From Octopus vulgaris (taxonomy: Eukaryota): a stretch of 64,000 nt of DNA. The first letter of the stretch is position 1. Every line of letters begins with the position of its first letter. Position numbers and translations under genes: made by a program. Where the stretch lies: assembly GCA_951406725.2 (NCBI GenBank), contig OX597819.1, forward strand, positions 61,132,001-61,196,000. Direction: 5' to 3'. Under the pieces are notes generated by a model. It did not search any database. It saw only the letters and a list, made by a program, of their open reading frames with translations, and had not been told where the DNA came from. Shown in pieces: positions 13,804 through 27,470 of this stretch.

Positions 13804-14494
13804 TAAATTTCGCATTTTAAAAGCATTCAATGATAAAGTACAAATTTAACACTCATATATTAAGAAACCAGCACACAAAGCTCTCCATAGTTGTTTTTCT
13901 CGTTGCTTAAAACCTAGAATAAGATCCATATTTCAACATTTTGATATGTTATGAACAAAGATTTGGTCATCGTTTACATTTAATTCGAAAAATTAATTAG
14001 ATTTACTTAAGTTAATCAATTAAAGCTAAAGTTCTACAGACATGGTGCAACAAGTTATTAATAAGATTCCCTTTGATTCCCATTCTAAACTCAATAATGA
14101 TTAAACCTATTTTTCTTCCCTTTGGGGATGTTGTCTTCATGCCTCCGGGACTCATGATTGCTTAAATTTGATTAAGACTATCGACTTTTTTTTTATGATT
14201 AGCTGCTTGGCTGGTTTAACTTGTTAGATTTAGGTTTGGTTGCTTCTCTATCAATTGGGTTACTGTGATTGGGAGTAGTAGCTGCATAATTATATTTTGG
14301 GTAGCTGGTTAATTAGTCAATACACTTATAGATTCGTTAATTAAACTAATTGATATGTGAATGATTGTTGCGTGTAGATTTTGAGTTAACTGCTACAGTT
14401 ATAGATCTGCGTTGGTTGGTTGGTCCGATATATTGTTGTTATCGTATAATATCTTACATTGCTTTAATGCCAGACTAGAAATGGAGGATTTTAC

Positions 14495-14910
14495 AGTGAG
14501 CTGGCAGAAACGTTAGCACGCCGGGCGAAATGCGTAGCCGTATTTCGTCTGTCGTTACGTTCTGAGTTCAAATTCCGCCGAGGTCGACTTTGCCTTTCAT
14601 CCTTTCGGGGTCGATTAAGTAAGTACCAGTTACGCACTGGGGTCGATATAATAGACTTAATCCGTTTGTCTGTCCTTGTTTGTCCTCTCTGTGTTTAGCC
14701 CCTTGTGGGTAGTAAAGAAATAGGTATTTCGTCTGCCGTTACGTTCTGAGTTCAAATTCCGCCGAGGTCGACTTTGCCTTTCATCCTTTCGGGGTCGATT
14801 AAATAAGTACCAGTTACGCGCTGGGGTCGATATAATCGACTTAATCCGTTTTTCTGTCCTTGTTTGTCCCCTCTGTGCGGAGCCCCTTATGGGCAGTAAA
14901 GAAATAAGAA
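14495..14910 (+). mobile_element. Dimeric SINE family A (184-bp second unit)
   Basis: Two near-identical bodies joined at GAAATAGGTATTTC; flanking direct repeat AGAAATRGAGGATTTT. Confidence 0.9.
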
Positions 14911-15553
14911 ATAGAGGATTTTGCTTTATCAGTGTTACCAGATTCTTAGATCAAATCCTATTAAGTTGAGCAGTGAAACTCTTCTTCTTGGTTTAAAGAA
15001 TGGTGGTTAAATGCCATAAGCAGATCAATGTGTTACATCTAATATACATAACCGATTTTCATATTCTATAACAAGATTATGAAATTATATATTTCTAAGT
15101 AAACATATTTAGTTCTAGGGAAATGGGAAATCATGGTCTCTATTTTTAATTTTTATCGGTCACTTAATATCAGGTCAGAACAACAGTATGTATTTAGACA
15201 TATTTAGATTGTAAGACTTGAACTCCCGATTACCCAGATGTTATCAAAAGGAGTTCATATGAAATTGGGGATGTTAGCACTAAAATTCTTTCCTAGCGAA
15301 GGTAACCGAGTTTATATACGACACCTTTACTTGGGATCTAATTTTAGGAAAACTTACCTAAATTTAATTTTACTAAACCATTTATTTCGAGTAACTAACT
15401 CTGGAATGACTGCTGTTTCAATCCTATTATAATTCTTTGAGAATTTATTATCTACCTTAAATAACTTTCTATTATCCGTGTTTATTTTTCTAGAAAACTG
15501 AACAAGATTAAGTAGCTATTTGAATCCATCCAACCATCCATTTACACACGTAC

Positions 15554-15598
<45 letters not shown>

Positions 15599-16921
15599 AC
15601 TCACATATGTATATGTATGCTTGTATGTATGTATACTTTTGTAGTTACGAACCTCTGTATGTATGTAAGTAACAGCCGAATTGTTAAGGCGTCGAATAGT
15701 ATGATTTTAAGTTCCACTGGGTCAACCTTGCTTAATTTTTCCTTTTATTATTTGGAGAGAAATAAATAAAGTAGCAGTCCTGCACGGAGATCGATTCTTT
15801 CTTTTATGCCTGAATCTCTCTCTTTTTGGAAAAAAAATCGTGGGCTCCACCAAATCTAGCAATGCAAAAAGTCACGACAGCGCCTCTACGCCTCCATCAG
15901 GCGTGCCCAACTTAAAATGTGATTTATGTATGTATATATGTATATATGCCAATATACGTATATGTGTGTATGTGCGGATGGGGGGGGGCACGCGCGAGCG
16001 TGTAGAATGGAATTTTGTTATGTCGGGTGAGATCGTCAATTGTGGGTTCATGTTAGGTCAGTTTGGGAAAAACAGGGTAGTTGTGTGTGTGTGTGTGTGT
16101 CGGTAATTGGAAAAAGGTTTGGTAGTGTAAATGCGGGAGCGTTCCTGTACTATCACAAACCTACACTTACATTGAATGACAGTAAGAAAGGACGTATTTA
16201 CTTCAGTTTTGTGGGTTATTATGTGAACTCAAGTTCATTGATGTACGTTTATACATTTTTATCGATATGTTGTTTACGTGCTCGTGCGAGCGTGTATTGT
16301 AAAAAACAAAAAAAATTGTTTATGTGTGAGTGTGTGTGTGTGTGTGTGTGTGCGCGCGTCTCTCTCTCTCTCTCTCTCTCTGTGTTTCAATGTATGTGTT
16401 TGACTTAAAAGGAGAAGTAGACATGACAGTTAATGTGAGGTTGCGTGAGTTAAAGTAAGTGCACCAACGATAGTGGTTTACGAAAGATATAGTTCATTAT
16501 AGCAATACCTGTCAATCATCAATGTGACACTTCCTTCTGAGCTGTCGTCGTTCATATTTTCCTCTCCTTCCCCTTTCTTCTACTTACAACCCCGCCTTTT
16601 TTTCATCCACTCTGTCTTGCCTTCTAACATACCATAATAATAAGACTGTCAGAAGTATGTCCCTCTTCTTAAGAGAAGACGAAACTCTTTATACTTCTCC
16701 CACGCCGTGTGTCTGCACGTCACCAGAACTTGTGGAAATGTTTACACAACGAAGTAAGTTGTTGACTCTCGAACAACAACCATACTAGATTCTGCGATGA
16801 GAAATGACATATTATATCGAACATACTTGATTGATAAATATTCGCCTGTATGCTTACTCCCTCTGTCCTAATCGTGGACACAGATGCAATATCAGCGAGT
16901 TCTACCATATGTAAACGTTAT

Positions 16922-17125
16922 TGAACTGGCAGAATCCTTACCGCACCGGACACAATGCTTAGCGGCATTTCTTCCGTCTCTTTGCGTTCCGAGTTCAAAT
17001 GCTGCCAAGGTCTACTCTACCTTTTATCCTTCGGGGTCGATAAAATAAAGTACCAGTCAAGTATTGGGGGGTTCATGTAATCAACTACAGTCTTAGCAAT
17101 TGCTGGCCTTGTGCCAAAATATAAA
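16922..17125 (+). mobile_element. SINE family A
   Basis: GAACTGGCAGAATC...GAGTTCAAAT...CCTTCGGGGTCGATAAAATAAAGTACCAG. Confidence 0.8.
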
Positions 17126-17581
17126 TCAATTGTTCGTAGTAAATTCTCTGAACGAATATGTTTATGTTTCCTTTCTTCACGTCACTCGAATATACTTTGT
17201 GTTTCTTCTGCTTTTCTGTTACCATTTTCGCTTTTCACTCTAGCCTAGTCAAACAACAACTGGTGCCCACGAATTCTCGTAATAACATTTTCGATGGTAG
17301 TTAACAATCATGTTTTATCTCCTACGCGAACAAAAAAACAAAATGAAAATCCTATAAATGACGAACTATATAATGTATCAATAGACCAAAATAAATGTAG
17401 AAAAAGCATGGATGCAATGCTTACAAGTTGCATCAAAGTATTTATTGGCTTATCACCATTTTGTAGATCTGTTCAAACAAGCTCAACATGACTATCCAGC
17501 AATATCTTTATAGGTTATAACTATCTTTAGAATGAAAAGCATAAAAACACAGCTTTCACATATAATTTATAATCTAATTGT

Positions 17582-17628
17582 CCTCTACAGCTGTTTCAAA
17601 GAGTAACAACACCACTACATCAGAGTTT
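17582..17628 (-). ncRNA. Degenerate hammerhead-like motif
   Basis: Minus strand reads act CTGATGT agtggtgttgttactcttt GAAAC agct GTA gag; A9 and the stems are decayed. Confidence 0.4.
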
Positions 17629-18514
17629 AAAGATGTGCTAATAAGTGAGCCTTTAAATACGGTGGATATATTTCGTGATGCTTATACATCAACACATTGG
17701 TAGATTATGATGATCTTTTGGCTTGAATGTCCTTCCAATTCAGTGGCGTGGCTAGAATGTATGCTGCCCAGGAAAACGCTTGAGTTTGCCACTCACAGGG
17801 TCCTCCAAGCCAATACAAGCTGATACGGCACATCCAAAAGTGCTGCTCCCATAAAAGCTTTGCACAGAGCGGGCTATACTTTGCCCTCACCAGTTACGCT
17901 ATTGTTCCAATAGAAAATATACTGTGTATTTCTAGATTATTCTAATCTTTCTTATTTTCAAACAGTCTTATTGCAGTTCGGAGACTGACAATGTCACCAT
18001 AATATTTTGCCTCATAAAAAAATAAAAAGTGGCCATAACTTAATATCCTAGTTTGCTGTTACGATGTTAAATGGATGAAATGTAGGAATGTATTGAATCA
18101 CATAGATATAAATATTTAATGCAATGAAACATCTTTAGCGATGTTCAGCGATCACAAAGAAAACCACTAACATCACCACTATATTTAATACCATCAGCTG
18201 CTGGCGTCTTGCAATGATCTCAAAATCATTAATTTACTGATCTCATGGCTTATCTATTCGCTCATTCTTCCTCTGAAGTAAGAGAGTGTGTATACATGTG
18301 TGGCTTAATCAAAAGAGGAAGGAAGGCATCTATGACCTTTTGCAGTACATCATAAACTGGAAGGTGGGTGGGGGGACTAAACTATGGCACATCGGTTATT
18401 GTAGTAGGAAGTAGTTTATCAAAAAGTCAGACTGGAAACCTTGTTCGGATGCTTGGACGTCGACGAAGCCAATCACGAGCTAAAGTAGCGTTTTAAAATA
18501 AGAGACGGTTTAGT

Positions 18515-18681
18515 AAGTATCAAGGCGTGGTTGTGTGGTAAGAAGGTCGCTTCCCAACCACATGGTTTCTGGGTTCAGTCCCACTGCATGGCACTTTGGA
18601 CAAGTGTCTTCTACTATAGCCTCGTCCGACCAAAGCCTTGTGAGTGGATTTGGTAGATGGAAACTGAAAGAAGCCAGTCGT

Positions 18682-18716
<35 letters not shown>

Positions 18717-19189
18717 CAGGGTGGCCCAAAAGTAGGTTTACAGTTATCATGTAGGCACTTAAAACTTATTTTAAAAAACATTTTATTTCTATCTCACAAA
18801 CTGATAAGGGCGGTTGACAAAATTAACTAAATTCGCTTAGAAAAATGGTTTCATATTTTAATATAATTAAGATCTAAACTATTAATATATGAATGCGAGA
18901 GAGATAGTTGAATAACTGTAGACCTACTTTTGGGCCATCCTGTTTATACACACACATACACACACATATATATATATATATATATATGCTTGTGTGTCTA
19001 TTTTTGTACCCCTCCGTCGCTTGGCAACCGATGTTGGTGTGTTTACGTCCCAGTAACTTAGCGGTTCGGCAAACCAGACCAATAGAATAAGTACTAGGCT
19101 TACAAAGAATAAGTCCTGGGGTTGATTTGTTCGACTGAAGGCGGTGCTCCAGCAGTCAAATGACTGAAACGAATAAAAGAATAAAAGAA
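18515..19189 (+). mobile_element. SINE family B interrupted by a Tc1/mariner MITE
   Basis: The 5' half (18515-18716) and 3' half (18943-19189) both match family B. Confidence 0.85.
18717..18942. mobile_element. Tc1/mariner-type MITE
   Basis: TIRs CAGGGTGGCCCAAAAGTAGGTTTACAGTT / AACTGTAGACCTACTTTTGGGCCATCCTG, inserted in a TA tract. Confidence 0.85.
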
Positions 19190-20115
19190 CATGCTAAAAT
19201 TCATAAAAGCATATTTCTAGTTCAGTGTGTGAGAGAGGTTTCCTTTAACCTGACACGATTTGAACCTAGAAGGTACAGAAACGAAATTAAATGAAACAAA
19301 AACGTCTACAACATTCATTTTGCTTGTTTGACTAGAATTTTGTTGATTTGTTAGGTCATTACTCAAAAGAACCGTCTTCGTTTAATGAGTGTGTCAAGTG
19401 AAAGTCGACTTCACTGACCTTATTTCTCTACAGGCTACTGACTTCGGCCGGAAAAGACAAATAGAGGAAGGAGAAAGTATAATGACACGGGAATATAATC
19501 TGAATTACAGACTCGCTATGCTAAGCTGAAAGAAAAAAACTTACAATTACTCTATTAAGTATCTTCCAGAAGCATAACATTGCTTCATGTTTAGTCCAAT
19601 CCACTGTGTTTCTCCCAAACTCGACAACGATCTCGTAAATTTAATAGAGAAAAGACACGCGAGTCAGTGGAGCTGATACGGAAATGATATTCTAAATAAA
19701 AGCTAATATGTCAGGTGACAGAAACCTGTGGGTATAGATTTCAAATAATAGCCCCATTAAGTCCTTACTGCCCACGATCATGATACAGGCACAAAATGAA
19801 ATGTCCAAAAAGAAACAGAGCTCTCCCCTATTTGAAAACAAACTGTTTCTAGATTTCTGTAACACAATATCCATCCATCCATGAATGTATGTATGTGTAT
19901 ACATACAAAAATATGTATAAAGGTATCATGCATGTATGTATGTATTACACATGTATATGCAAATATAAAAATAATACAATATTATTCTACCATTTTCGAA
20001 AAAAATTTGAGTAAACAAGCAGTTATGCACACTTATTTATATACATCAACACAAACACATATGTATAGATATATAAACACACGCTCATATATATATATAC
20101 ACGAATGTATGTATA

Positions 20116-20620
20116 CTTGCAGAGATACCCGGCTTTGCCCGTGTCACATGGAATTGAAGAATTAGATTTTTCTTTTATATTTTCTCTAACGAACTAGAAT
20201 ACCTATGATTCGAATTTCGTCAAAATTGGAGATTAAGAATTTTATTGGGGGCTCTTTCCCTCTTTACACCCTAACAAAAATTGTAATCATGACATTTATC
20301 CCATACTACTCATCTTTATGCACAGATTCCAAAATCCAAATCTTATAAAACCTATTGGTCCATGAAAAATGACTAAAATTTGGGGGGCCTTAGAATCACC
20401 CAAAGAAATGGAAATGTTGGGTAATTTTTAATTTATTTCTAATACCTATGGTTCAAATTCCATCAAAATCAAAAGCATATGAATTTTCACGGTGGATTCT
20501 GCCCCCACTTTAAACCCCTCAAAACTACGAAACATACGGCATTATCCTTCTCCCTGGGCATGGATTTTGTGTTCCAAATTTGAAGATCGCGCTTGAAGAA
20601 CTTCTCTAATACAAGACATA
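20116..20620 (-). mobile_element. Non-autonomous Helitron remnant (3' end at 20116; other end uncertain)
   Basis: Minus strand ends CACGGGCAAAGCCGGGTATCTCTGCAAG|T, a decayed hairpin plus CTAG like the end of 26088-26601; internal repeats of TTCRAATTYCRTCAAAAT. Confidence 0.55.
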
Positions 20621-21878
20621 AATAAAACCGGGTGAGTCAAATGGCATTGTTTAGTTTCCCTTGGACAGAACCATTCTTTGTAGTAATGGCTCAAAGTCTA
20701 AACAGAATAAGGTCGTCAGAATGCACAAAGTTAAAAACAGATTTTCGCGTCTTCAACTAAAAGATTTCATTAATCTCTCATGGAAGCTTTTGGCGGCTGG
20801 AGAGTTGCCAAATAAATTGCAAAAAAATAATAGGATTCATGCGCTAACAAATATCTCATTTTATGGGACGAATTCCAAGACATAAAAGAAATTAGCATGA
20901 TTCTTTGGACAAAGCAAATAATCATAAGATATTTAGGTGTAACAGAGAAATAGAAATTAAATAGGATAAATACGACAGGCGGTGGAACAAGAAAAGGACA
21001 TCAATATTAACCATAAAGAAATGAACTTGTAAGAACAGGGGTGGAGAAAATGCGAAAGAGTACACAGTAAAACAATAACGGAGAGATCTGGGGTTCCAAT
21101 TCTGTGGTGTTAAAGGAATGGATATTTGGCGGTTCTCGGATATATTTCGAAGGTTTGTACTCACACACACATATATGTATGGATGATTTGCGTATGTATA
21201 TATACTCAAATATTTTTATGTGTATTTCATATACATACATACACCCCTCCATCTATCTATCTACCTACCTACCTATTTCTCTATCAATAAGAGATTAAAA
21301 ATCTATAGACATGTGTATGTAAACTGATACCCCAAAGCCAAAAATATATGTATTTGTGCGTTCTAAACATGTCTTTTAGTGGTTGAACCAAAACATTGCA
21401 CTCGGAGATTAGAGATTTCAAATATATTATTAGATCCTTTTTAAACGCCATGTTTGATATTCCAAAATAACGTCTTGAAGTAGATCCCTAACTGATATGC
21501 CAATATATACGCATGCATGCATGTATGTGAGTGTTTGCATGTGTTTGTATCTTTGTATCGCCATCATTAATATTTCTGTATATCAGAGATTAATGCATGC
21601 ATTTAACCAAGATTTAAGTCAGAACCGTTCAAATAATATATATGTATGTATGTATGTATGTATATTCAGTTGTTCTATGTATTAATGTTTCTATGCACAG
21701 GTATATAAAACGCAGTTAAACATTAAAGTGAAGGGTTACTTAATACTTTTTCAATAAAGAACCGTATTTAGTCATACAAGGAAAAGCTTAAAAGTGGTTT
21801 CGAATTTTCGACTTCCTTGCTATTATTAGAATCTGTACAAAATATATGCGTGTATATCTATTTCTAAGAATAGTATTG

Positions 21879-21923
21879 ACAGTGACTTTCAATTTTCGGC
21901 CAGCTAAGCCATCATCGGATTGT
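21879..21923 (-). ncRNA. Minimal hammerhead-like motif with CCGATGA core
   Basis: Minus strand reads acaat CCGATGA tggc ttagctg gcc GAAAA ttgaaa GTC actgt. Confidence 0.55.
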
Positions 21924-22758
21924 GCATTAAATTAATCTTGGCTTTATTCAGTGTCTGTTGACAGAAATTTTTTTTTAAGATTGGCGAGGGTCTGTTGAAT
22001 GGTAAATAGGCTTTAAGATGGATTATGTTGAAGAGATGTTGTGAAGAAATCTTTATTGATTTAATTTGGGGTTATGTTATTGTTCAGAATTTATTCATGC
22101 ATATAGAACTTTGTAAACAATTGTGTATATTTAGGTGTGTCAGCTTAGGGTCATAGAATTGCCTTTTTTTTAAATAGTTCACAAAAAGGAAGTGGGTTGA
22201 TACCTACTTACTTCCTTCGTTGAAAAATATCTGTATGCAAGGGGTAAAGATGCATATTTATAACGAAAATATCATAGGCAGAATACGTGAGTTTAATATA
22301 TTTGAGAGAGTGTGATAAAAACTCATGGGTAACACTACAAAAGCAATCGTTATCGCTTTATGTGAGAGTTTGTGTATATTTATGTGTGCGCCTATGTGTG
22401 TAGGGAAGACTGTGTGTGTGACCATCTCACTGGGAATATATGTTTGAGATTATGCGTACATTTCTATACAAGTGCGCATGCGCTTGTACGTGTATTGTTT
22501 TGTTTGCTATTTTGAATATATGGATTGTCCCAACTTAAAACATGTGCTTGGAATAATAATATAAGCATTAGAAGTTTATAGCTTTTAGCAGTGTTACCGT
22601 ATGTATTTACCTGTAAATATGTGCATACGTGTGAGTACCTGTACGTGCATGCACATGTGTATATGTTCTTGTGTGTGTCAATAGTTAGCATAACCACTTG
22701 ATTAGAGCATACCGTAAGACGGTATGTGTGATTATGCGTGTTTGTATATGTATATATA

Positions 22759-22918
22759 GGTGCAGGGGTGGTTATGTGGTAAGTAGCTTGCTTACCAACC
22801 ACATGGTCCCGGGTTCACTCCCACTCCGTGGCACCTTGGTCAAGTGTCTTGTACTTTAGCCTCGGACCGACCAAAGCCTTGTGAGTGGATTTGGTAGGCG
22901 GAAATTGAGACGCCCACC

Positions 22919-22970
<52 letters not shown>

Positions 22971-23178
22971 GTCTCTGTGTTTGTCCCTCGCCATCGCTTG
23001 ACAACCGATGTTAGTGTCTTTACGTCCTCGTAACTTAGCGGGTTGGCAAAAGCGACCGACAGAATAAGTACTAGGCTTACAAAGAATAAGTCCTGGGGTC
23101 GATTTGTTCGGCTAAAAGTGGTGCACCAGCATGGCCACAGTCAGATGACTGAAACAAATAAAGGAATAAAAAAAGAAT
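22759..23178 (+). mobile_element. SINE family B, full-length with internal (TA)n
   Basis: Head, body and tail match the other family B copies. Confidence 0.9.
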
Positions 23179-23192
23179 GTATATATATATAG

Positions 23193-23427
23193 CATTATAA
23201 TATAATGCTGGCCCGCCTCGTCCGATCACTTTGTTGTCAATAATATATTTGCCAGTAATACATTGGGATTTATTTCCTGTTAGCACAACAAATTCTACAG
23301 TTCCATATGTGAGAGATGAGGAATTATGTACATTATTTATATTATTTACATTTGACGGGCATATGGCGAAGCGGTTAAGAGCCCGGGCTACTAACTCAAA
23401 GATTCCGAATTCAATTCCAGGTAGTGA

Positions 23428-23472
<45 letters not shown>

Positions 23473-23630
23473 TAACATCGGGAAAATACCTTAGGAATGA
23501 GAACCCAGGTTCGAAATTCCCTCAGGACACCTGATGAAGGCTGGAGAGTACATCAGCCGAAACGTGTGTTAACAACAAACAAGAGGAGGACGAATATCCG
23601 TCAAATGTAAATAATGTAAATAAAAAAAAT
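23193..23630 (+). mobile_element. PLE-derived insert: inverted 3' tail + tRNA-like head + (AAT)n + hammerhead
   Basis: Homologous to the 3' region of the PLE at 60787-61428; inverted repeat TTATTTACATTTGACGG (23342-23358) / CCGTCAAATGTAAATAA (23598-23614). Confidence 0.8.
23526..23570 (+). ncRNA. Minimal type I hammerhead ribozyme (cleavage-site nucleotide deleted in this copy)
   Basis: gacac CTGATGA aggctg-gagagtacat-cagcc GAAAC GT gtgtt. Confidence 0.75.
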
Positions 23631-23916
23631 TCTGTCTGCTCCCAATTACGTACACATTCACAAATACACACACACACAAACACAAATACGTATACATACA
23701 TGTTTGCATGTATATGCAAGTGTCTATATGAGTATAGGTGCGGATGGGTGAATACGTACCATCTGAATGATCACGCTGCCGGCGCCCGTGTATATATAAA
23801 AAATATTCTTATACATACACACATTTATACATACATACATACATACATACATATGTAAAGATAGATAGATAGATGAGTATAGACAAAACTAGAGAATGAG
23901 TGGCAGAGAGAGAGAC

Positions 23917-23953
<37 letters not shown>

Positions 23954-24406
23954 GACAAAGAGAGAGAGACACACACAGAGAAAGAGAGACAGAGAGAGAG
24001 AGAGAGACATAGAGAGAGAGAGACCGAGAGAGAGAGAGGAATATATGCAGCTGTTAAGTGCATGTTCGTGTAACCATTGATGGTTTGTTAAATGGAGGAG
24101 GAGAGATAATAAGCATGTAAATTGACGGGTAATTAAGTAATTAGGGAAATAAGACTGAGACATATATTGTGCCTTAGCTACTGTCAGTCGTTCGGGTAGA
24201 TAAGTTTAGAGGCAAAATATATGCTGAGAGAGAGAGAGAGAGAATTAAAGTTAAATACTGATAAAAGACAGTTAAATATATGTACGCGTGATAAGGTATA
24301 TACATACGTTATACATACACACACTATATATGTATGTGTATATACATACGTATATATTTTACGTATATACATATTTGTATGTATGCATGTTTATAAATGT
24401 ATATGC

Positions 24407-24437
<31 letters not shown>

Positions 24438-25063
24438 TGTATGTGTATATATATATCTATATATAAATATATATATGTAAGTGTGTGTGTGTATGTGTAT
24501 GTACGTATGTATGGTGCTATTTACGTTAGCACACAACCAATATTTAGAACTTCATGTACATCCTTATTTATCGAAAGATAAAAACTACAATGACAACTCA
24601 CGTATTACAATCCTAGTTTTCTTTCACTGGTCGCCACTGTTAGAAAGATCACACATTGCTTACAGACAGAACAAAGCTAGAGAGACGGTTCATAAATTAT
24701 ATGTCAACTTCCATGTATTTCAGTGGAGATAAAGTGCAGTATTGGTTTGAATCTCCGAGGAGGCGAAAATCTTGAAAATATACTTTGCCTGGATTGCACA
24801 TTTCGTTCAGTAGTAAGTCCTTGATAATATTGTTATCATTTCACTTTACCAAATTCCCATGCCCCTATGATAGACACATGCATAGCTATCTTCCATAGAC
24901 ATAAATAGTGCAACAGGTTTAGGAGGTTCCAACTAACTTGTAACTAAATACCCTATCTTGCATACATCATGCAGGGATTTGACTCCACAAAACTATCTGA
25001 AGCGTGACGCCCTCCAAGGAAGCTTGTTAGTCTACTGTAAATTCATTCACACTTCTGGGAATG

Positions 25064-25260
25064 TCTACTACAAATGTGGGAAATTCTGTCTGTGGGTGTG
25101 TATGTGAGGTTGTTAGCTAACTCCTACATCGGTTTATCGATTTTGATGAAACTTGACACGTGAGTAGAACTCATGTCAGGAAACCCCATGGCATATTCAG
25201 ATTGTTAATAGGGCCCCTGGAAGAGATCCTTATATATATATCTAATATATTTTATTTTAA
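25064..25260 (+). mobile_element. Possible Helitron 5' fragment
   Basis: TCTACTAC start, TGTCTGTG tract and AACTCC...CGATTTTGATGAAACTTG, a pattern typical of non-autonomous Helitron 5' regions. Confidence 0.35.
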
Positions 25261-25520
25261 AGACCAAGGGAAATTACACATTCGCCCCTGGAAGGGATCC
25301 TTATATTTGGTAAAAATCAAATTAAGTATGCTTATTTCTTAGTATTTGAACTGTTAGAATTATTTTCGCAATCTATCCAGTACAACCCTTAAACAAGTAA
25401 ATAGTATTTTCCTAAACAATAGATCCACTTATTTCGGTCAGTGATTTATTCACTAACATACAAACAAAAAATGATGACTATGGCGATGAAGATACTGTAT
25501 TTATTGCAAACGTATATATA

Positions 25521-25910
25521 GGTCAGGAATGGCTGTGTGGTAAGTAGCTTGCTTACCAGCCACATGGTTCCGGGTTCAGTCCCACTGCGTGGCACCTTGG
25601 GCAAATGTTTTCTACTATAGCCTCGGGCTGACCAAAGCCTTGTGAGTGGATTTGGTAAACGGAAACTGAAAGAAGCCCTTCGTATATATGTGTATATGTT
25701 TGTGTATCTGTGTTTGTCCCCCCAACATCACTTGACAACCGATGCTGGTGTGTTTACGTCCCAGTAACTTAGCGGTTCGGCAAAAGACACCGATAGAATA
25801 ATTACCAGGCTTACAAAGAATAAGTCCTGGAGTCGATTTGCCAGACTAAAGGCGGTGCTCCAGCATGGCCGCAGTCAAATGACTGAAACAAGTAATAGAG
25901 AGTAAAGAGA
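25521..25910 (+). mobile_element. SINE family B, full-length
   Basis: Near-consensus copy. Confidence 0.9.
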
Positions 25911-26087
25911 TCATCAGTAAATACTGTATTTGATGGCGTGCCCCACCACCAATTCCAATGACGCATATTCAGGGAAAGTGAGCGTCAGGGACAAAATCCG
26001 TTGATGGGAGGACGAGCTTTGTATTTACGACATGGGGAGATTTTTCGAGACATGTTTTTGGAAAAGGAGATCGCGCTATTATAAAAA

Positions 26088-26601
26088 TCTATATATATAT
26101 AACTGTAGTTGTGTGAGTGTCTGTCCCCTTCGATTTAGATTCCTAACTACTCCCACATTTTGCGGTGCAGTTTAACCAAATTCGGGTATCTTATAGTCGT
26201 GATTCATATCGAGCCCGTCTGAGTATTAGCGCGCGTCTACGATGAGTCTACGATTTAAAAAATAATTTAGCATAATTTTTTATTCCATTTTAATGCATAA
26301 TTTTTCGTGTGTCGATGGCGGCGGAGTTGGCGTCCATGGTCATACCTGCACCTGTGTTGCTTCTCCCCCTTCTTCCCTCCCTCGTGAAGCTGTGGGGAAG
26401 GGAGTGTAAGGAAATCAACGTCGTAAAGCGTTGTCAAGGAGACCAGCGTTGTTTTAGAAGAACGACTTCATGGCTTGAAGACACCAAAATAGAAATGGCT
26501 GAGAAAGCCCGAATTGGCATCTATAAGGGAAGTAACTCTCTAAAAATGCTTATATAGTTATTTCCCTTACAAACCCGAGCAACGCCGGGCGATACTGTTA
26601 G
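26088..26601 (+). mobile_element. Non-autonomous Helitron, apparently complete (514 bp)
   Basis: A|TCTATATAT 5' end; 3' hairpin CCCGAGCAACGCCGGG then TTAG|T (CTAG variant); sits between A and T with no TSD. Confidence 0.75.
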
Positions 26602-26789
26602 TAATAAATAAATCAATGAATATATGAATAAAGTACCGGTTTGGCGGTTAAGTAGTGTGTCTGATACCTATATGATTATTTCTGTTGCAGTCAGACAGTG
26701 AAATTTCATTATTGTTATTTAAAGAACAATTAAAAATCAAATAAAATCAGGAGCAATTCAGTGCATAAACTTCCACACCAATCCATATA

Positions 26790-27009
26790 CGCTGACACAC
26801 ATAAACGCACGCGCACACATACACTCGAACGCATGCATGCGAGCTCGCATACACACACAAACACACATATATGTATGTAAAACCTGTGGATAGCTGTGCA
26901 TATACATATGTAACCGTTTATATGGATGCGTGTATACATATATATACATACATATATATACATATATATATACATATATATGGATATATATATGTATACG
27001 TATACACAT

Positions 27010-27054
<45 letters not shown>

Positions 27055-27167
27055 CATTTGTAAATACATACGTTTGTGTACATACATCCACAAATACACT
27101 ACATATATGAATATAGACCAAGATGTAGACAACTGTATGTAAATAGATATGTATATATGTGCATTTA

Positions 27168-27211
<44 letters not shown>

Positions 27212-27470
27212 TGTATATATACATACGTATGTATGTATAAACGTGTACGTATGTACATATGTACGTATAAACGTGTACGTATGTACATATGTACGTATAT
27301 ATGTACATATATACATACGTATGTATATATGTACATATACGTATGTATATATGTACATATATATGAATACGTATGTATATATATGTATATATATATATAT
27401 GAATGTAAAAATGCATATACATAAATACGCATGTATATACGGAAATACATACATTCGTACACATATTTGT
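26790..27470. repeat. Degenerate (TA)/(TACA)/(TACG) microsatellite field
   Basis: Visible directly. Confidence 0.9.

Noticed and set aside
23357-23429. Functional tRNA gene (also other SINE heads)
   Set aside because: The acceptor and T stems are imperfect and the segments are embedded in repeats, so they are treated as tRNA-derived heads; no isotype is assigned.
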